Virus record (IMG/VR): IMGVR_UViG_3300020045_008999
Span: 192,001-256,000 of that record
Direction: 5' to 3' (one strand)
DNA from: a virus
Taxonomy: Duplodnaviria > Heunggongvirae > Uroviricota > Caudoviricetes
Length of the DNA: 64,000 nucleotides
The position numbers and the translations under genes are program-made. This document shows, piece by piece, positions 40,081 to 49,449 of this stretch; within the stretch, counting starts at the first letter, position 1, and every line of letters starts with the position of its first letter. The notes below the pieces were generated by a model. That model did not search any database, was not told the DNA's origin, and saw only the letters and a list, made by a program, of their open reading frames with translations.

Positions 40081-41175
40081 TTAATCTTTTATTTTTCTTT
40101 TAAATTTTTTTCGCATTTTCACAACCGCCTCATTGAGTTCAGATATGTTAACAATTTTAACAGATGGGTATAATTTGTAAACCCATCTCCAGTCTAAAAA
40201 AACATCATATACTAGTAGTGTAGGCTTACCCATCATCCCAGATAAATGGGCGGTCACTGTATCTACGGTGATGACAAAGTCAACTTTTTCAATTTCGTCA
40301 AATGTCTTTTCAAAATTAGAAATATCGGGATTCGACATCCATGGCAAGGAACTATCCATTTGTAATGATACAATTTCAGTATTACCATCATCGATTGCTA
40401 ATTTAAATGCATCTACTGATAATGTTCGAAGACCGGAACTTTTGGATATGGCATTAGCAGCCCATGTAATTCCAATTCGGAACCTATCTGTATTGAAATG
40501 TTTAGTTTTGAATGTTTTTAGCTCCATACCATTCGATTTCAAATATGATGAAAATACGTCACCACTACTAATCCAACAGTCATATTGCATCACCATTTCG
40601 TAACTAAGTTTATCAGAAGCGGTGAATGTAACATTATCACATTGATATTGAGAACTAAATAAATTTTGCATTTTTTCATATACCTGATACTGCACACGAG
40701 TGGCTACTTCGGCAAGTGCATAGATTCCCCTTGAGAACATAATTTCATCGCCATATCCTTGTTCATTCATTACTAAAACGTTCTTACCTCGACATTCCTC
40801 TATACTCAACACGTGCTCAATTGGTAGGTTAGGGAAATTATTACGATTGCCATAATAACGATACTGATAAAGATTCATCCCTTCTCTTAGCTTATTATTG
40901 TGTAGCATAGACATAGACAATTCATAACCGCAATTATGGTTGAAATAATTATAAAAGCCCGTCGCGAATGCAATTTCAGCATCTTCATAATTCATTAGCG
41001 AAAAGTGACATAATCCTATATTATAATAAATTATGCCCTTATCAGTAAATGAAGTATTTCTCAATGTTGATTCGTATAAGGTCTTGGCTATATTGTAATT
41101 CCCTCGTTCGTATTCAGATATTGCATTTGCTACTATATCGGATACTGACAATTTAGTTTCAATGTTATTTGACAT
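40081..41175 (-). CDS. TPR plus GT-B glycosyltransferase (GT9-like)
   Basis: N-terminal TPR (YYNIGLCHF); EQGYGDEIMFSR; VITVDTVTAHLSGMMGKPT...DWRW. Confidence 0.75.
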   Translation of the reverse strand: MSNNIETKLSVSDIVANAISEYERGNYNIAKTLYESTLRNTSFTDKGIIYYNIGLCHFSLMNYEDAEIAFATGFYNYFNHNCGYELSMSMLHNNKLREGMNLYQYRYYGNRNNFPNLPIEHVLSIEECRGKNVLVMNEQGYGDEIMFSRGIYALAEVATRVQYQVYEKMQNLFSSQYQCDNVTFTASDKLSYEMVMQYDCWISSGDVFSSYLKSNGMELKTFKTKHFNTDRFRIGITWAANAISKSSGLRTLSVDAFKLAIDDGNTEIVSLQMDSSLPWMSNPDISNFEKTFDEIEKVDFVITVDTVTAHLSGMMGKPTLLVYDVFLDWRWVYKLYPSVKIVNISELNEAVVKMRKKFKRKIKD

Positions 41176-41367
41176 AATATTATTTTATCGATTTCAATTC
41201 TTTTAATACATCCTTTAATATCATTATTCGCACTTTAAACGAAGTGATGTTCTCATAGGCAGAAAGATATTCAATCTTATCTTCAATTATTTTTATAGCA
41301 GCTTCCATATATGATATTTTTTACAAATATATGGTATTTACAACAATTATCCAAATCAACTATATTT

Positions 41368-41949
41368 TTATTTAACCGTATCCATAAGACGTTTGAAATT
41401 AGATAAATTCAATTGATCACCGTGCCAAATTGATGTACCATATTGTTTATTGATTATCTCACTTATATATTTACGGTTGTTCAATATTTCTACCGGTATA
41501 TTCTCACTCATAAGATATGATTTACATCCTGATGTGGCATATTTAGTGGTTTTAAGATATGGGTTATATCGAAAGTTATAATAACCTTTGACCTTAAATG
41601 GGCTATGTTCAAGAGTGTGCAACGAATTCGCAGAACAGTTGAAATTACCACCAACATTCTGGGGACAGCCCCAAAGTGTTGTTAAATTATTATCGTTCAC
41701 ATATACATTACCAACAACGGTATGTGGCATCCCAACCAAATCAATCAGTTGATTACCGGAACAGTCAAAATCGCCATTTACTTTACGAAATTTAATTGGA
41801 ATTTTTGTAAGGCCTTTACTATTCAGCCAAACACTCCCATTCACATCAATACTATAATCACCATTTATGGTATAATTTTGTATTTTATATTCAGTACATA
41901 ATTTTTCTATTTCTAAAATATCTTTAGTAAATTTCTCGAACATTTTCAT
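41368..41949 (-). CDS. LRR-like repeat family protein with N-terminal KMFEKF tag
   Basis: NYTINGDYSIDVNGSV; FDCSGNQL repeats; TAATATATA at 41974-41982. Confidence 0.8.
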   Translation of the reverse strand: MKMFEKFTKDILEIEKLCTEYKIQNYTINGDYSIDVNGSVWLNSKGLTKIPIKFRKVNGDFDCSGNQLIDLVGMPHTVVGNVYVNDNNLTTLWGCPQNVGGNFNCSANSLHTLEHSPFKVKGYYNFRYNPYLKTTKYATSGCKSYLMSENIPVEILNNRKYISEIINKQYGTSIWHGDQLNLSNFKRLMDTVK

Positions 41950-42089
41950 CTATTAAGATTATATTTAATTCACTATATATTAAATGTGTATATGTTGTTT
42001 TTAATACGATAACATACAATTGAAGAAATGTTAATAAAAATATTCATTACACATGGTAGTTGTATTGTTTTTATTATTATATTTGTAGT

Positions 42090-42818
42090 ATGAATTATAC
42101 AATAGTAAAAGATGTCGATGAGTTGAAGCAGTTCATCGAATGGCTCCCAGATTTGAAGCGCACACAGAAATACTACGTATCTCTTTTTGCACGCAATAAA
42201 TACAAAGGTACCGAGGGACTTAAACAGGATAAAGCACAATTGAAACGTTTCACTAGTGATAAGGAAATGTTGTTGGAAAAAATTCTCAAATTAGAAGTAA
42301 GAGAGGGTTTATATACGATAGACGGCTTGGTGATAAACGAAAAATCTCTTGCACTATACATAACACCGAACCCACGTGACATGACACTCGCTACAAAACG
42401 TTTGGCAACTAAAATTGCAAAAAAAGTAGAAATGGATTATGTACTTGATAACCCACATTCATTAGCAATGAATGAAATTCAAACAGCTGGTACCAAATAT
42501 AGTAAATATTTCCAAGATGTAGATATTGACTTAACGGTAACTGGATTGGAGTGTGATCGTGGATTAATACATGCCGAAATTTTGGAATCTGTATTAAAAT
42601 TCATTAACACAGAGGCAATTACCGTTATAGAGACTCATGGTGGGTATCATTATTTAGTAAATAAATCCAAAGTTTCCAGCGAATTTAAAAACAAATGGTT
42701 TATGGGATTTAAATCTATGGAAACCACTTTGTATAAAATTACTATGAATGGCGATAATTTAATACCGGTTCCCGGATGTACTCAAGGTGGTAAATCTCCT
42801 AAAATACTATTCAAATAA
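42090..42818 (+). CDS. AEP/primase-polymerase-like protein
   Basis: DVDID and ETHGGYHYL motifs; start moved downstream of TAnnTTTG at 42078-42085. Confidence 0.45.
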   Translation: MNYTIVKDVDELKQFIEWLPDLKRTQKYYVSLFARNKYKGTEGLKQDKAQLKRFTSDKEMLLEKILKLEVREGLYTIDGLVINEKSLALYITPNPRDMTLATKRLATKIAKKVEMDYVLDNPHSLAMNEIQTAGTKYSKYFQDVDIDLTVTGLECDRGLIHAEILESVLKFINTEAITVIETHGGYHYLVNKSKVSSEFKNKWFMGFKSMETTLYKITMNGDNLIPVPGCTQGGKSPKILFK

Positions 42819-42830
42819 AAATATCATATT

Positions 42831-43325
42831 ATGACTAATGCCGAAATTTGTGTAATTTTTTTAGCTGGGTGTATAGTTGTTTTATTATACCTGTTGATCA
42901 AGAATATTAATAGTAATAGTGTTATCAAAGATTTAATTAATGATAATGTGAAATTGAAACGAGAAAACGATGATTTAAATCTGAAAATATTAAATTCTAA
43001 AAATAAAAAAATACTAGATAAATGGAGAACCGGTGCATCCTGTATTCACTCAATGGATTTAGTCAACAACAAAGGTACCGATACAGAAGTATGCTTCATT
43101 GCATCATACACATCCGAAATAATAGAAATATCCGAAACAAAACTTAAAATAGCACCAATCAGTGTAATAACCAATGTGAGCTCACAAAATACCCCCAGTA
43201 CACTTGCTGGTATTCTGGCTTATGGAAATGGTTTATGGATTAATAAATACGACGCTGAGTTAATATTAGATAATGCACAAAACCGAATTTCAAAAATACA
43301 CGATATACTATCAAATGATGAATAA
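42831..43325 (+). CDS. membrane-anchored protein with C-terminal tag
   Basis: N-terminal TM, coiled coil; ends RISKIHDILSNDE. Confidence 0.6.
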   Translation: MTNAEICVIFLAGCIVVLLYLLIKNINSNSVIKDLINDNVKLKRENDDLNLKILNSKNKKILDKWRTGASCIHSMDLVNNKGTDTEVCFIASYTSEIIEISETKLKIAPISVITNVSSQNTPSTLAGILAYGNGLWINKYDAELILDNAQNRISKIHDILSNDE

Positions 43326-43860
43326 ATTAGAAAAAACAAGTAGGTATTTAGCAAAATTACTGCGACACAAACCGGAAGATTTACTAATGGATGTTGATGG
43401 TTATGTAGTAGTTAGTGATTTGTTGAGAAAGTTGTCAATTAATAATGCCGACCTTGATTGGATCGTAGAAAATAATGATAAAAAACGATTTGTTTATAAT
43501 ATTGACAAAACACTAATTAGGGCCGCTCAGGGACACAGTAAAGGTTTGGACATTGATATAAAAATGCAAGAATCATCAAGAGTAAATGTTCTATACCATG
43601 GTACGGCAGCCATAAATGTCAAGTCCATTATAAGTCTTGGTTTGGTACCAAAAAGTCGAAAACATGTTCACCTATCATCTGATGCAGAAACGGCACGGAA
43701 AGTCGGGCTAAGACACGCAAATGACGTTGTGGTGTTACAAGTAAACAGTGCTCAGATGCGAGCGGATGGTATTAAAATTTTCATTTCGGAAAATAACGTA
43801 TATCTCACTAATCATGTTGACTCCAAATACATTACATTTCCAAAAAAACCGAGCAATTAA
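43273..43860 (+). CDS. kptA: RNA 2'-phosphotransferase Tpt1/KptA
   Basis: LLRHKP...NDKKRF...IRAAQGHS...LYHGT...RKHVHLS...VGLRH; true start probably MMNKL. Confidence 0.92.
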   Translation: MHKTEFQKYTIYYQMMNKLEKTSRYLAKLLRHKPEDLLMDVDGYVVVSDLLRKLSINNADLDWIVENNDKKRFVYNIDKTLIRAAQGHSKGLDIDIKMQESSRVNVLYHGTAAINVKSIISLGLVPKSRKHVHLSSDAETARKVGLRHANDVVVLQVNSAQMRADGIKIFISENNVYLTNHVDSKYITFPKKPSN

Positions 43861-43874
43861 TGTTCGGTTTTTTT
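43842..43874. terminator. bidirectional terminator between convergent units
   Basis: aaaaaaaccgagca-attaa-tgttcggttttttt. Confidence 0.8.
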
Positions 43875-44285
43875 TATTTTATGTCTAAGCATTACTACGT
43901 AATCGTAAATATGCCCATATCCATCACTGATGTCTATTCGATGACAATCTTCCTCAAAATTAGCATCACCACTTTCATCAATATAACCAGAATGCGACAT
44001 TAGTATATACAACCAATAATCGTGTATGAATATTTCAATTTGATCGCATTCACCGTCATCTATATCAGTACTAATATATAAATTATTGTCAACTAATTCA
44101 AATGGTACCACATCCACCACACCCTTCAAATTTTTAAGTATATTGTAAATATCATTAATTTCATCATCAGATAGAGCATCGGTTTCGTTTCCATGCGCCT
44201 CTGAAAATTCCTCATAGGATATTTGTTCAACATTTTGAGTATGTAAATTTTCAATAAACATTTTGAATTTTTGTATCATTGCCAT
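43857..44285 (-). CDS. acidic array paralog 11 (KxF-x-E tag)
   Basis: MAMIQKFKMFIEN...HDYWLYI...HRIDISDG. Confidence 0.75.
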   Translation of the reverse strand: MAMIQKFKMFIENLHTQNVEQISYEEFSEAHGNETDALSDDEINDIYNILKNLKGVVDVVPFELVDNNLYISTDIDDGECDQIEIFIHDYWLYILMSHSGYIDESGDANFEEDCHRIDISDGYGHIYDYVVMLRHKIKKTEH

Positions 44286-44295
44286 TTTATATATG

Positions 44296-44709
44296 TTATA
44301 GTTTATTTTCGCTACGATGCATATATGCCCGATATTCATCATCAATTATATCATGATATTTTAATAAAACATCAAATATGTCATTAGATATATCAATTTT
44401 ATAATATACTGATTCTGGATCGTAATCTGAGGTAAATATGTATTCTACATATAACCAATAATCATCATCAATAAAAATTACCATTCGATCATCGTTATTG
44501 GCTGTTATATCAAACCAAATTTCTGAATATCCCGAATACTCATGCGGGTCCTCGATATCATATAAATCACATATTGTGGCTGTAATTTCATCCGGGATAA
44601 TAATATCATTGAAACCAATGCTCTTATATTCAACATACTCAGGTTCCGTTAATTTAACTATTACTTCATTTTCTACGCTCTCGGTAAATAATTTAAATTT
44701 TTTTATCAT
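44296..44709 (-). CDS. acidic array paralog 10
   Basis: MIKKFKLFTES...DDDYWLYV...YKIDIS. Confidence 0.8.
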   Translation of the reverse strand: MIKKFKLFTESVENEVIVKLTEPEYVEYKSIGFNDIIIPDEITATICDLYDIEDPHEYSGYSEIWFDITANNDDRMVIFIDDDYWLYVEYIFTSDYDPESVYYKIDISNDIFDVLLKYHDIIDDEYRAYMHRSENKL

Positions 44710-44712
44710 GTA

Positions 44713-45120
44713 TTATATATTAACAATTATTGTTTGCAATTCGGTGTCTAAGAATTTAGACAAAAATTCCAGCGATTCACTAACATCAATTTGCGCATAT
44801 GTTGTCAAATATTCATCATAATATTGTTGTAAAGATTCTAACTTCACATATAAATAATAATCATCATCACTAAAAATGTACCCGGTTATTGTATGATTAT
44901 ACGTAAATATCATCAACTTACCACTAGGGATATATTTTAAACCGGGCGGAACACCTGCATTTTCAAAACTTTGTTTCACAATATCAAATAACGGGCGGAA
45001 CAATTTAGATTTCGCTGATCGTGCACTAGCTTTGAATATGCTTTCATATTCGGACTGTGTTATTATGGTGATATTTTCACTATTTACACTCTCTGTAAAC
45101 CGTATGTATTTTTTAATCAT
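44713..45120 (-). CDS. acidic array paralog 9
   Basis: MIKKYIRFTES...DDDYYLYV...AQIDVS. Confidence 0.8.
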   Translation of the reverse strand: MIKKYIRFTESVNSENITIITQSEYESIFKASARSAKSKLFRPLFDIVKQSFENAGVPPGLKYIPSGKLMIFTYNHTITGYIFSDDDYYLYVKLESLQQYYDEYLTTYAQIDVSESLEFLSKFLDTELQTIIVNI

Positions 45121-45135
45121 TAGAATATTTTAGTT

Positions 45136-45546
45136 TTATAAAAATTGTATTGGGGGTATAGAGTTTATAAATTTCTCAACATTAATTACACCCTCACTAA
45201 TATCAATTTTAGCACAATCTGATTCATAGTGAGCATCATTACCATTATCAATTTTCCTTTCAACATTTACATAGATATAATAATCGGAATCCGAGAAAAT
45301 ATATACATAAATACTACGATCAGTTACCATGAATGTTATTCTTTCACCATCGCCAAATTCCATAACAGACATAGTTAATCCCTGCCGTTCTACGTAATCA
45401 GTGATAATGGAAAGTATAGCAGCACACAGATCACTATCGATTACTATCCGTGAATTTTGATAAAAATCGTCAAACTCTTGTTCAGATATTATCTCAATTT
45501 CATCATTACTTATGCTTTCAACAAATCTTATAAATTTTTTAATCAT
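45136..45546 (-). CDS. acidic array paralog 8
   Basis: MIKKFIRFVES...DSDYYIYV...AKIDIS. Confidence 0.8.
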   Translation of the reverse strand: MIKKFIRFVESISNDEIEIISEQEFDDFYQNSRIVIDSDLCAAILSIITDYVERQGLTMSVMEFGDGERITFMVTDRSIYVYIFSDSDYYIYVNVERKIDNGNDAHYESDCAKIDISEGVINVEKFINSIPPIQFL

Positions 45547-45943
45547 TTATTTCGTTTATAATTTCGTTTATAATCACTGAAGCCTTTTTTACTGAATCGA
45601 ATCCATCACCTATGTCAATTTTATATGAATACTGAACTGCACTTGATGACGTGATTGAGATAACATACATCAGATATGCCCAATAGTCATCATCAACGCA
45701 CAGAAGAAGCATATCATCGGTTTCATTTATAAATGAAGATAATCTACTACCAACCCGCGTACTAGTACCAGACAATCTACATGCACTATATTCCGAGAAC
45801 ACTGCAATTACTTCATCACATAAGCTCTCAGGTATTATCACACCGTTTTGTATAGCATCTGAAAATTCCTGGTTAGTTATTTCAATTACTTCATCATCAC
45901 CTTTAGACTCTAAAAACATTTTAAATTTCTTAATCATTATCAC
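45539..45943 (-). CDS. acidic array paralog 7
   Basis: MIKKFKMFLES...DDDYWAYL...YKIDIG. Confidence 0.8.
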   Translation of the reverse strand: MIMIKKFKMFLESKGDDEVIEITNQEFSDAIQNGVIIPESLCDEVIAVFSEYSACRLSGTSTRVGSRLSSFINETDDMLLLCVDDDYWAYLMYVISITSSSAVQYSYKIDIGDGFDSVKKASVIINEIINEIND

Positions 45944-46361
45944 TTATCAATTTTTTCAGGATATTCCAATATTCACTCATATTGCTATACCCGTCGGAGA
46001 TGTCTATTTTGTGATACCAGGCTCTCACACCCGGTTGTGGAACAAAACGTACATAACCATCAGATGTGGTGATGATTTTATATTCTGGGATAGTATAAGT
46101 AATATACAACCAATAGTCATCATCTATGAATAAGTAAATATTTTCCATCGTTTTAGATTCACCATGTAATTCACAATCACTATTGTCATAGTATAATACA
46201 ATTTTATTCATTTCACTAGTTATATCGACAAACATATCATGTTCAATTTTGACTTGAATATTGCCTCGGGCACGATCCCAATCATCGCGAGTGATTTGTA
46301 CTACATTTTCTTCGGGATTGTTATTTTCTAAAAATAGTTTAAACTTAGTAATCATCATCAA
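45930..46361 (-). CDS. acidic array paralog 6
   Basis: MITKFKLFLEN...DDDYWLYI...HKIDIS. Confidence 0.8.
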   Translation of the reverse strand: MMMITKFKLFLENNNPEENVVQITRDDWDRARGNIQVKIEHDMFVDITSEMNKIVLYYDNSDCELHGESKTMENIYLFIDDDYWLYITYTIPEYKIITTSDGYVRFVPQPGVRAWYHKIDISDGYSNMSEYWNILKKLISDND

Positions 46362-46782
46362 TATTTAATTTATCTCTAATAGCTTCTATAATATTTAAAT
46401 ATTCCGGAACGTTATCATAACCATTACCAATATCTATTTTGTGATACAATTCGGTTGGTTCGATAATCTCATCTAATCGGAATCCTGGTTTATACGACAT
46501 TGAATAATTTACATATAACCAGTAATCATTATCCATAAACAAATTCAGCTGGTCATAAAAATTCGATTCAGCGCTAATGCTAAACCTAGTATCATCATAA
46601 TCAAAATAAAATTCTCTTCTTGGATTAAAAACAGCACGAATTCCAATTAGTGAATTTTCTGGGAATACTATGCGATCATTAAGCCATGCATAATTCCAAT
46701 CACTTAAAGTGATCTCTATTACGACATCATCTGTATTAATATTTTCCAAAAATAATTTGAAATTAGTTATCATTTTGATCAT
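46345..46782 (-). CDS. acidic array paralog 5
   Basis: MITNFKLFLEN...DNDYWLYV...HKIDIG. Confidence 0.8.
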   Translation of the reverse strand: MIKMITNFKLFLENINTDDVVIEITLSDWNYAWLNDRIVFPENSLIGIRAVFNPRREFYFDYDDTRFSISAESNFYDQLNLFMDNDYWLYVNYSMSYKPGFRLDEIIEPTELYHKIDIGNGYDNVPEYLNIIEAIRDKLNIDDDY

Positions 46783-46792
46783 TTTATAAAAT

Positions 46793-47170
46793 TTAGTTCT
46801 CGGCTGTTATGTTAATAATCTCACAGTATTTCTCAGTATACTCATATCCATTAGCAATATCTATTTTGTGATATTGGTAATTCGGGGACTCTTGACAATA
46901 TTTTACCCACATATAATAGTCTGTATCAATAAATATATACAGATTAATGTTACGATACTCGAATGACATTGAATTCGTTGCATCGCTTTCACATGGTGTG
47001 TATTTTATATCAATATACGGCCTGAATGCGTCGATTATTACATCAACATCAGATTGACCAAATGAAACACTTGATTCTTCAAAAGTTTCATAATATTCAT
47101 ACTCACTAACTTCTTCGACATACTCGTTTGCGTTATTATTTTCCAGAAATAATTTAAAATTAGTTATCAT
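46793..47170 (-). CDS. acidic array paralog 4
   Basis: MITNFKLFLEN...DTDYYMWV...HKIDIA. Confidence 0.8.
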   Translation of the reverse strand: MITNFKLFLENNNANEYVEEVSEYEYYETFEESSVSFGQSDVDVIIDAFRPYIDIKYTPCESDATNSMSFEYRNINLYIFIDTDYYMWVKYCQESPNYQYHKIDIANGYEYTEKYCEIINITAEN

Positions 47171-47594
47171 CCTCTCCCATTAATTTATATTCTTCCTCTA
47201 ACATCACTTTGGTTTTATCTAACAGCTGCATGTAATCCGAAATATAATTATACCCATCAGAAATATCAATTTTATGATAAAGCTCACATGGTTCATAATA
47301 AAAATCAAACTCATATCTTACCCACAAATAATAATCTGAATCAAAAAACATTTCATACCTACCCGGGTCATTTCCTATATCGAAGTTCAACATATGGACA
47401 ATATCCCCACCATCGTCATCATCGCGATTAAGTATGTGATATTTACTAAAACCGGATATGATTTTATCACAATCATCATCATTAATATGGATACTATTAG
47501 TTTTAAACTCATCCCAAAATTCTGCGATATTCACTTCAACAACATTATCTGAATCTGCGATACTTTCTAAAAATAATTTATATTTTTTTATCAT
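47160..47594 (-). CDS. acidic array paralog 3
   Basis: MIKKYKLFLES...DSDYYLWV...HKIDIS. Confidence 0.8.
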   Translation of the reverse strand: MIKKYKLFLESIADSDNVVEVNIAEFWDEFKTNSIHINDDDCDKIISGFSKYHILNRDDDDGGDIVHMLNFDIGNDPGRYEMFFDSDYYLWVRYEFDFYYEPCELYHKIDISDGYNYISDYMQLLDKTKVMLEEEYKLMGEDDN

Positions 47595-48091
47595 TATTCT
47601 CTATTTCTTTTTTGATCCACTATTTCTAAATATTCTGCAATATGGATAAACCCTTCACTAATATCGATTTTGTGGTAAATTGATAAGTAATTATCAGAAT
47701 CTTCATAATCCTCGTCGTCATATATTTGATCGTCATCCCAATAATCACCATCACCATCACCATCACCATCACCATCACCATCAATTTGATCGACATCCCA
47801 GTACTCGCGATCTACCATTCTAATATCATAATTTATATATAACCAATAATCACTATCCAAGAATAAATAAACACTGTCGTCTGGTCCGTTCATGGATGCC
47901 TCTTTACCACTACGCGCCCTAGAAAAGATTAAATCTGATTCAACAAGTGTATTGTTTATATCATCAACAAATGATTGATCTATGTGAATAGCATACAGAT
48001 TATATTGATCATTATACTCATCTGCACTAATTTCAACAATATTATCCTCGGTGTCTATACTTTCTAAAAATAGTTTATATTTTGTTATCAT
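47594..48091 (-). CDS. acidic array paralog 2 (with DG-repeat insertion)
   Basis: MITKYKLFLES...DSDYWLYI...DGDGDGDGDGDGD...HKIDIS. Confidence 0.8.
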   Translation of the reverse strand: MITKYKLFLESIDTEDNIVEISADEYNDQYNLYAIHIDQSFVDDINNTLVESDLIFSRARSGKEASMNGPDDSVYLFLDSDYWLYINYDIRMVDREYWDVDQIDGDGDGDGDGDGDYWDDDQIYDDEDYEDSDNYLSIYHKIDISEGFIHIAEYLEIVDQKRNRE

Positions 48092-48095
48092 TACT

Positions 48096-48506
48096 CTACT
48101 CTATGTTTCTTTTTTGATCCACTATTTTCAAATATTTTTCAATGTGAATGAGACCTTCACTGATGTCTATTTTGTGATATAATGAACTGTAATTTTCGTT
48201 GGGAGCACCACTAGCGGATACCGGCATAATATCGTAATTTACATATAACCAATAATCATTATCAATAAAAACGCTCATCAGCTCATCATTATGTGAATAA
48301 TTAAATGCGCTTATTTCACTGCTAGATATTTTCAAAATTGAATCAGATGAAGTTCTACCCAATGCAATATTCAATTCATGTAAAAAACCCGGATCCATAC
48401 AAATACTATCTAACTCAAACTGTGCATCGTATTCATCTACACTAATTTCAATGATATTATCTTCGGTGTCTATACTTTCCAAAAATAATTTAAATTTTTT
48501 TATCAT
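48096..48506 (-). CDS. acidic array paralog 1
   Basis: MIKKFKLFLES...DNDYWLYV...HKIDIS. Confidence 0.8.
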   Translation of the reverse strand: MIKKFKLFLESIDTEDNIIEISVDEYDAQFELDSICMDPGFLHELNIALGRTSSDSILKISSSEISAFNYSHNDELMSVFIDNDYWLYVNYDIMPVSASGAPNENYSSLYHKIDISEGLIHIEKYLKIVDQKRNIE

Positions 48507-48510
48507 AATC

Positions 48511-48531
48511 TATATATTAATAATATCTTTG
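48511..48531. promoter_or_regulatory. back-to-back promoters: TAATATATA (minus, 48511-48519) and TAnnTTTG (plus, 48524-48531)
   Basis: A 30-bp divergent intergenic gap holds both motifs. Confidence 0.6.
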
Positions 48532-48536
48532 TAAAT

Positions 48537-48875
48537 ATGAAAATAGTTAGATCTAAAGAACATCGTATATACCAAAAACATTTTTGGATAAAAAAACGGT
48601 TAGTTAGATTTCACCAAACATCACTAAGCAAATACCCCTCAAAAGATGCCTCTTCTATTTTACGAGATATGCATTGTTGGTATTTTCGAATAGGCACTAT
48701 ACCATATTTTATATTCAAATCTAATAAATGGGATAGTAAATTTGAAGATAAACCTAGATACGGTAAGAAGAAACGATCACACTATGTCGATAACCGGGAT
48801 TATGGTAAAACTTCGTCAAGAATATTAGATAAAAAAGAATTTAATCAGTTATTGAAATACTATGGACTTATGTAA
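48537..48875 (+). CDS. basic hypothetical protein
   Basis: K/R-rich ORF. Confidence 0.55.
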   Translation: MKIVRSKEHRIYQKHFWIKKRLVRFHQTSLSKYPSKDASSILRDMHCWYFRIGTIPYFIFKSNKWDSKFEDKPRYGKKKRSHYVDNRDYGKTSSRILDKKEFNQLLKYYGLM

Positions 48876-49407
48876 TATAATAAAAAATCTAGACGGTATG
48901 CTAGTCCTAAATAACCAAGTATTTGCATATACTCATTTCTCAAATATTAGAATATGCCATGTACATGATGATAATATATGGGTCACTCTTAATTTTAGCG
49001 TTATAAATGACATAAAGCGATTGGTGCGAATGTTGGACCGATTAAAAATAGAATATTATTACACATCTGTTGGTATTGATTTTAATGATGATCCACTGAG
49101 CAAAAAATCAATTGTGTTGCTAACCGAAAATGTAATAAATATTTTATGTATTGAAAAAAAGTTCAACAACATTCGATTTGGTGACATATCAAATGATCTT
49201 AGCATATATAAAAAATTCTTGGAAGTGTGTGTTAAATTTGACAAAGTACGATATGCAATCGAGACTATTGATGCAATGTTATATATTGACATAAAAAATA
49301 AGTCATCATCGGTAAGAAGGCGAATTCATCCTGTTTTAACATTAGAAAATATCAATGATTTAAAGGCAATTAGACGGCCGCTTGTTATACAAAGTTTATT
49401 AATATAA
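48862..49407 (+). CDS. hypothetical protein with C-terminal tag
   Basis: Ends RPLVIQSLLI. Confidence 0.55.
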   Translation: MDLCNIIKNLDGMLVLNNQVFAYTHFSNIRICHVHDDNIWVTLNFSVINDIKRLVRMLDRLKIEYYYTSVGIDFNDDPLSKKSIVLLTENVINILCIEKKFNNIRFGDISNDLSIYKKFLEVCVKFDKVRYAIETIDAMLYIDIKNKSSSVRRRIHPVLTLENINDLKAIRRPLVIQSLLI

Positions 49408-49449
49408 ACTTTCCTCGTAAATATTTGTATAATTACAAATATTTGATTT

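Noticed and set aside
47744-47782. (TCACCA)n, and (ACACCA)n near 24452 and (CCAAA)n near 18071, as phase-variation switches
   Set aside because: The hexamer units keep the frame and the pentamer run is short and intergenic; simple slippage explains them.
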